Source of the DNA: an uncultured Mollicutes bacterium
Lineage (GTDB): Bacteria > Bacillota_I > Bacilli_A > Acholeplasmatales > Anaeroplasmataceae
NCBI GenBank assembly: GCA_937905855.1
Contig: CALCWU010000140.1
Coordinates: forward strand, 1 to 54,646
Direction of reading: 5' to 3'
DNA: 54,646 nucleotides
In this document: positions 48,601 to 53,708 of the stretch, one piece after another
Position numbering within the stretch: the first letter of the stretch is position 1
Layout of the letters: every line of letters begins with the position of its first letter
Translations under genes and position numbers: made by a program
The notes under the pieces: generated by a model
What the model was told of the DNA's origin: nothing
The model's input: the letters and a program-made list of their open reading frames with translations, nothing else
The model's database searches: none

Positions 48601-49325
48601 TTTGTTGGCGTACTCATAATTATCCACTCGCCAAATTCATGGGGACCTTCCTCATTTTTCAAATTAAAGTGACCACAGGTGCTTGGATGCCAGTGAGTAT
48701 TATCATCATAGGCCCAATCAGGACTAAAAATATGAGTGTGAGTACCACGGGCAATATAACCACAAACACTACATTTTAAGGAATCATAGCTAAATGTATA
48801 GCCATCCTCAGTTACATATTCTAAATAATTTTCAAAAATATGATCTTCCTTAATAACGGCATCATCATGACCACAGGTGCTTGGATGCCAGTGTGAGTTT
48901 TCATCATGTACATATCCTTCATCAAATGTATGGGTATGAGAAGAGATTTGTAAATTTTCTTTTTGAACATAGCCACAGGTTTTACAGTTTCTACTTCTAA
49001 TACCTAATTCTAAATTATCCTGCCAAGAATTAAAGCTATGCTTAAAATAGGCAGATTTTGTGTCATGACCACATGTTGCCTCATGCCAGTGATAGGTATC
49101 ATTATAGCTCCAAGTACTACTATAGGTATGAGTATGGGTACTAGAGGTATCACTCTCATCACCTTTACCTCCTGTTGTAGAAGAACTTGAGCTGCTTGGA
49201 ATTATTTCACTAGGTACACTTACATCACTAGGAATGGAAGTATCATTTGGATTATTTCCACAGGCTCCTAAAAGAAATATTATTAATAAAGAATTAATAA
49301 TAACAAACAATTTGTTTTTACGCAT
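39681..49325 (-). CDS. Giant surface lipoprotein (about 3214 aa): Ser-rich linker, four His/Cys-rich modules, then BspA-type leucine-rich repeats (LRR_5-like) throughout
   Basis: The ATG at 49325 (GAAGGAA 8 nt upstream) gives the lipobox signal [22 protein letters not shown]. The TTG at 49382 lies inside the predicted promoter. There are dozens of LRR_5-like units, for example [48 protein letters not shown] and [41 protein letters not shown]. Confidence 0.85.
   Translation of the reverse strand: [3214 protein letters not shown]
48333..49139 (-). repeat. Four tandem modules of about 66 aa, each rich in His and Cys (putative metal-binding), within the giant protein
   Basis: Shared pattern: (T/S)H(T)H-x-(Y/F)...W.(Y).D...HWH..(T)CGH...(10 aa)...H.F...(about 20 aa)...C..CGY. 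Modules span aa 82-139, 148-209, 214-275 and 285-349. At DNA level gaccacaggtgcttggatgccagtg is identical at 48671-48695 and 48869-48893, and a diverged copy lies at 49067-49091. The spacing is exactly 198 nt. Confidence 0.8.
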
Positions 49326-49372
49326 ATTAAAATTTCCTTCTTTCCCATTTAAAATCGTAAATCTATATTTAA

Positions 49373-49401
49373 ATTTTACCAAAAAAATCTTTTGTTTTCA
49401 A
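49373..49401 (-). promoter_or_regulatory. Promoter of the giant LRR gene
   Basis: On the minus strand: TTGAAA, 17 nt, then extended -10 TGgTAAAAT. The predicted TSS lies downstream of the ORF-track TTG at 49382, which supports the ATG at 49325. Confidence 0.5.
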
Positions 49402-49461
49402 TAATTTATCTTTCAAAATTCAAGGAATAAGTATATAATTTTATATATGTGAGGTTATGAT

Positions 49462-50709
49462 ATGAAAAAAATCAATTATTTTATTGCAATTATTACGCTC
49501 TTATTTGTAATTACGGCTTGTGGGAATAATAAAAATTCAATTATTCCAGCAGAGACTACTAATATAAAAGAATCAAGTAGTTCGATAAGTTCTAGTATTT
49601 CTTCAAGTAGTAATAGTATAAGCTCGGAAGCTAGTTCAAGTAAAACATCTAGTACTACTACAATACCAAGTAGCTCAAGTGATTTAAATATCAGCTATAG
49701 TATTAAAGAAATTTTAACAATAGGCTCTACCTTAAATGAAGGAGAGGTTGGAATTAAAGTAAATTTTGATGGTATGTATTTGAAGCTTATAACTGATAAT
49801 ATGGATAAGCTAATGCTATTTGCTGATGATAGTGCTTATATAAAGGTTAGAGTTAAATCAGGTGATTTTACTGACTATTTAAAAAATAGATATTTAAATT
49901 GTTATTACAATGTATTAGGTAGTGTAACTAAAAACAATAATCAAATAGAAATAGCTTATGAAAAAATCGAAAATATAACATCAACACCAGAAGCCTTTGA
50001 TTTTACTAATTTAACGAAAAAACGTAATAGTATTGGTGAGGTTTATGATGATATTAAAAAGGTAAGTCTTACCAACAAGAGAAATGGTGTAGGCGATATT
50101 GTTACCTTTAATGGCGTTGTTATAGCTACTGATCGTTCTGATTCTAATAGTAAGGCAGTTTTGTATGATAACAAAAATATAATAACTATAATATCTGAAA
50201 AAAAGATTTGTGATGGCTTCACAGATCTTGATAAGGAGTTTATTGTTACTGGAATCATATCAATAAAAAATGGCGCACCTGCGGTATTACTTTTAGATTT
50301 AAAATCAGCTCAAAAAACAATTAATATTGATTATAGCAATGCAAAAGCAGTTAATCCATCATATTTTGCAGGCTGGTATCACCTATCAAATAATATTAAA
50401 GATCCAAGCTATGATGATTTTTCTACTCTTTATTTAGTATCAGGATATATTAATATAGATGATAGTAGAACAAATGCTTATTATTATGGAATGACTGATA
50501 ATAGTAACAATACATTATCAGATACAGGAATAAAAACCTCTATTAAAGGTATTTATTTAATGAATCATTTAAATGTTAAAAGTAGCATATTGTCTGATTA
50601 TTATATGAATGAAATAAAGGTAAGTATGTATTGCTCATTATATCAATTTGATTCTCAAAATCATGGTTGGAAGGCATTCCCAATTGAAAGTACAATTAAA
50701 TCAATTTAA
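49462..50709 (+). CDS. Lipoprotein with Ser-rich linker and beta-rich body, unknown function
   Basis: Lipobox MKKINYFIAIITLLFVITAC followed by GNN, the same residues as after the lipobox Cys of the giant protein. Linker ESSSSISSSISSSSNSISSEASSSKTSSTTTIPSSSS. Divergently transcribed from the giant gene. Confidence 0.65.
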   Translation: MKKINYFIAIITLLFVITACGNNKNSIIPAETTNIKESSSSISSSISSSSNSISSEASSSKTSSTTTIPSSSSDLNISYSIKEILTIGSTLNEGEVGIKVNFDGMYLKLITDNMDKLMLFADDSAYIKVRVKSGDFTDYLKNRYLNCYYNVLGSVTKNNNQIEIAYEKIENITSTPEAFDFTNLTKKRNSIGEVYDDIKKVSLTNKRNGVGDIVTFNGVVIATDRSDSNSKAVLYDNKNIITIISEKKICDGFTDLDKEFIVTGIISIKNGAPAVLLLDLKSAQKTINIDYSNAKAVNPSYFAGWYHLSNNIKDPSYDDFSTLYLVSGYINIDDSRTNAYYYGMTDNSNNTLSDTGIKTSIKGIYLMNHLNVKSSILSDYYMNEIKVSMYCSLYQFDSQNHGWKAFPIESTIKSI

Positions 50710-50710
50710 C

Positions 50711-50753
50711 AAAAAAACTCTATTGGACATTTTATATCTAATAGAGTTTTTTT
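50711..50753. terminator. Bidirectional terminator
   Basis: An 11-bp stem actctattgga/tctaatagagt (one mismatch) with A7 upstream and T7 downstream, between convergent gene ends. Confidence 0.65.
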
Positions 50754-52152
50754 ATGATGTATATATTTTTTTGAAGGTATTATATATTTTAAATAATAAA
50801 CATTTTTTTGACTTCAAATAGGTCACTAAACTTTCATACTCCTTGGGATTGTTTATAATATCTTCAGTTTTAAATGAATATAAAAGTTCATCAGGTGAAT
50901 CGATATCAATGTTTAATTTTTTTAGCCAATTTTTTCTTGCGGTATCTGTTTTCATACGTTCAAGCTTTTGTAAAATCTCCGTTTTGGAAATTGAGTTTGT
51001 TCCTAGAGTATAGTCATCTGTGAAATAATAAAATGCATCACATGATGGTAAATCAAGTGGATAATTAGTTAATGAAATGAAAGAATCACCAAAAATCTTG
51101 GCTAAAACAAGCTGAAATATCTTATCACCTATAAACATAAAAGCTGTCTTGCCATAATTAATTTTTGGAAACATGGTCTTTAAAAAATACCAATAATCCA
51201 TTGTTTTATTAAAATAAGGATGTAGGGCTGGTTTAATAACATATTGAGTCAAACGAGTATAATCCATTTCATAAAGTAAGAAAAAAATATCTTCGTTAAA
51301 ATTAACGTATGTAAATGAAAAATCTTCGTCGCGTCTAAACCATTCATCAACCTTAGGATATTCAGCTATAGATAATGATTTAAAATAATTAGCGGTGAAA
51401 TATTCTTGATATGATCTATGTAGAAAATTATATTTGCCATCTTCAAGATAAAACAATCCTAGATTGTCCTTTAAATCCACTATAAAATCATCAGCATTTA
51501 CTTTTCCTTTAAAGGATGTTTCGTTTATTGTTTTTGTTATATCGGCAATAGAAAAAGAATAATCTTCATTTGTTGAGGCTCTAAAGCAAAATTCGGATAA
51601 TAAATTAATGAATTGAACCTTTTTTAGACTTGTAGCAAATTTCTTATTTTTGTAGCCTTTTATTTTATCATGCTCCTCATATAATACCTGAAAGCTTTGA
51701 TCATAAAATTCATAGGTCTTTGAGGGTATTTTTCCTTTATTGATAAAGATCATAAACATAATTGTCAATAACAAAGGATTTGAGGCGATACTTTTATTTG
51801 TTTGAAATTCTCCATTTTTTAAAATTTCAATAAATTCTTTCTTTTTTGATGTTGGAAAATTAGAAAATTTATCAATCAATTTGCAGGCTGATTTTATAGT
51901 TAGTCTAGCTAATTGGATGTTTTTAAATTTGTTTAAGCACTCACTTGCTTCAGATGGTCTTGATGCTGTTATAAAATAATTTTTAGGATATTTAAATGAA
52001 AGTTCATTTAGTTCATCAAAAAAATTATCTCTTTGGGTTATTCTTATTTCGTCTAGACCATCAAATAATAATAAAAATCCACCTTTTTTTAAGTCATTTA
52101 AAAATTCAGAAAGTTCTATTTCCATATATTGCAAAATAGATGAGTATAGCAT
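50752..52152 (-). CDS. C-terminal part of a NACHT/STAND-like P-loop NTPase (Walker B onward); probably the downstream fragment of a frame-disrupted gene
   Basis: Walker B FLLLFDGLDE (nt 52048-52077), ITASRP, SNPLLLTIMF and FLHRSYQEYFTANYF are NACHT-type motifs. No SD precedes its ATG, and its frame stays open for 7 codons upstream of the ATG, overlapping the end of the upstream ORF. Confidence 0.65.
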   Translation of the reverse strand: MLYSSILQYMEIELSEFLNDLKKGGFLLLFDGLDEIRITQRDNFFDELNELSFKYPKNYFITASRPSEASECLNKFKNIQLARLTIKSACKLIDKFSNFPTSKKKEFIEILKNGEFQTNKSIASNPLLLTIMFMIFINKGKIPSKTYEFYDQSFQVLYEEHDKIKGYKNKKFATSLKKVQFINLLSEFCFRASTNEDYSFSIADITKTINETSFKGKVNADDFIVDLKDNLGLFYLEDGKYNFLHRSYQEYFTANYFKSLSIAEYPKVDEWFRRDEDFSFTYVNFNEDIFFLLYEMDYTRLTQYVIKPALHPYFNKTMDYWYFLKTMFPKINYGKTAFMFIGDKIFQLVLAKIFGDSFISLTNYPLDLPSCDAFYYFTDDYTLGTNSISKTEILQKLERMKTDTARKNWLKKLNIDIDSPDELLYSFKTEDIINNPKEYESLVTYLKSKKCLLFKIYNTFKKIYTS

Positions 52153-52157
52153 CGTTA

Positions 52158-53063
52158 CTAAATTTTGTCTTCCTTAATAAATTGTCTTACAGGTATATAC
52201 ACAGGAACTAAGTTTGTTTTTTCATTTTCGTTTAAATTATTCATAAGATCATAGGAAAACAAGAATTTTAAAAATAATGATTTACCAAAACCTGCTGGTG
52301 CGCTTATTGATGTATATTTTCCAAAGGTTTCAATATATTTTTTTGTTGAAACATCCTCACCTGAAATACTATGCTTTCCATTTTGACTAAATGTTGAACA
52401 ATAATTATTTAAATCAGGAGTTACATAGATGTCATATAAATTGATAGGTTCATTATTATAAATTATAGTTTTGATTAAAATAGTATCATTAACGGCATTT
52501 TCATAATAAGGAAGATATTTTTTTAGGATTGGTTTGTTAGTATCTAAAAATAAATCAGTCATATCCTTTTGATAGAGCGTTTCAAGCTTAATAATATCAT
52601 CATCTAAAAAAGGTTTGTTTATATTACATTTAGTATATTTGACAACGTAAGTAATTAAATAAGCTAGATATTTATCAAAGCTGAAATCTAATATATCATT
52701 GATTGTGACTTTTTCATTTTCAAAAATAATATTTTCTTTGTTGGAACTTTTATCATCTACAATTATCTTATTAATTATATATTTGATTTTTTGATTTATT
52801 TCGTTATTGTTGAACACATCTAAAGTCTTTTTGGTTCTTTCTAAAATTGTTTGCTTATCTAGTTTTTTTGCTGTTTCTACAAAAAGAGAGTTGTTAAGAT
52901 TTCTTTTGGCGTGAGATAGCTCATATGCAAAGTCACTATCAAACAAACGACTAAATTCGGGATTAATAATAGATAATAAATTACCATTAATATTTTTCAT
53001 TGTGTTAATGCTTTTATAAAATCTTATGAAAATTTTCAAAACTGTATTATAATTTAAATTCAT
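52158..53063 (-). CDS. N-terminal part of the NACHT/STAND-like NTPase: about 200-aa unknown domain plus Walker A
   Basis: Strong SD (GGAGG 7 nt upstream of the ATG at 53063). Pre-NACHT motif PINLYDIYVTPDL and Walker A ISAPAGFGKS (nt 52278-52301). The ORF ends in TAG TAA only 39 aa after the P-loop. Confidence 0.65.
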   Translation of the reverse strand: MNLNYNTVLKIFIRFYKSINTMKNINGNLLSIINPEFSRLFDSDFAYELSHAKRNLNNSLFVETAKKLDKQTILERTKKTLDVFNNNEINQKIKYIINKIIVDDKSSNKENIIFENEKVTINDILDFSFDKYLAYLITYVVKYTKCNINKPFLDDDIIKLETLYQKDMTDLFLDTNKPILKKYLPYYENAVNDTILIKTIIYNNEPINLYDIYVTPDLNNYCSTFSQNGKHSISGEDVSTKKYIETFGKYTSISAPAGFGKSLFLKFLFSYDLMNNLNENEKTNLVPVYIPVRQFIKEDKI

Positions 53064-53132
53064 CTTAATTCCTCCCTTTATATAGAAGATTATAGCATAT
53101 TTTGTCGAATTAATAAATAGGTTAAATGATTT

Positions 53133-53249
53133 CGCCTACTTTTTTGAAAAAACCGCCTAGTTTTAATAGATATTAAAAAAAGTTAATAGAAAAAATGGCG
53201 CAGCTACAATGTAATTGGCTTCGCCTATTTTTATGCCTACAATGCCTAG
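53133..53249. repeat. Cluster of five (C/T)GCCTA(C/G/T) direct-repeat motifs in the divergent intergenic region
   Basis: cgcctac at 53133, cgcctag at 53154, cgcctat at 53222, tgcctac at 53234 and tgcctag at 53243. The first two flank the palindrome ttttttgaaaaaa. gtcgaat recurs at 53104 and 53249. These are GC-rich words in an otherwise very AT-rich spacer. Confidence 0.5.
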
Positions 53250-53408
53250 TCGAATGAACATTTACAAATGCTATAGTCGTGTAGTATCATAATGGTGTCT
53301 TAAGCTTAAGAAATCAAGATGAAAGGAAGAGGAAAGAAAAAATGAATAGAATAAGGGCAGATCCCTGGATAAAAAAATAATTGAAAATAAAATAGAAAGA
53401 AAAAAAAT

Positions 53409-53708
53409 ATGGAGAATATAAGCATAACAATAATAGTTGTCCTCTGTTATATGATAGGTGAAATATATAAGCTGATATTTAAAAAAGAAGAATCTTATAA
53501 ATATATTCCAATGGTATTATCAATAAGTGGAGGAATAATAGGTGTAATAATGTATTACACAAATAAAGAAATAATAAATGCTTCAAATGTATGGTCGGCA
53601 ATGCTAATAGGAATAGTAAGCGGAACATCATCAACAGGAGCTAATCAAATAATAAAACAAATATTTGGAGGAAGCAATGGAGCTAATAGTAAGAAAAAGA
53701 ATAGCTAG
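53409..53708 (+). CDS. Small 3-TM membrane protein, phage-holin-like (Hol44/holin_5-like by recollection)
   Basis: 99 aa with three hydrophobic segments. The third ends in GIVSGTSSTGANQIIKQIFGG, followed by a charged tail (NSKKKNS). This resembles the G-L-(A/S)-A-T-G-x-x-Q-x-x-K-Q ending I associate with Hol44-type holins. Confidence 0.45.
   Translation: MENISITIIVVLCYMIGEIYKLIFKKEESYKYIPMVLSISGGIIGVIMYYTNKEIINASNVWSAMLIGIVSGTSSTGANQIIKQIFGGSNGANSKKKNS

Noticed and set aside
42196-48779. ORFs 42196-42384(+), 47231-47419(-) and 48417-48779(+) inside the giant gene
   Set aside because: They are embedded in, or antisense to, a 9.6-kb ORF with consistent repeat structure. No SDs were seen.
49326-49461. 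c-di-GMP riboswitch in the leader of the giant adhesin gene (prompted by the adjacent EAL operon)
   Set aside because: The leader is only about 40 nt after the predicted TSS. The whole 136-nt spacer is AT-rich and shows none of the conserved GC-rich GEMM-type helices.
50043-50258. ORF 50043-50258(-)
   Set aside because: It lies antisense inside the 415-aa lipoprotein gene.
52153-52170. Programmed -1 ribosomal frameshift joining the two NACHT fragments
   Set aside because: The junction (GAC AAA ATT TAG) is not a canonical X XXY YYZ slippery heptamer in the zero frame, and I saw no downstream stimulatory structure. A simple 1-nt indel is more parsimonious.
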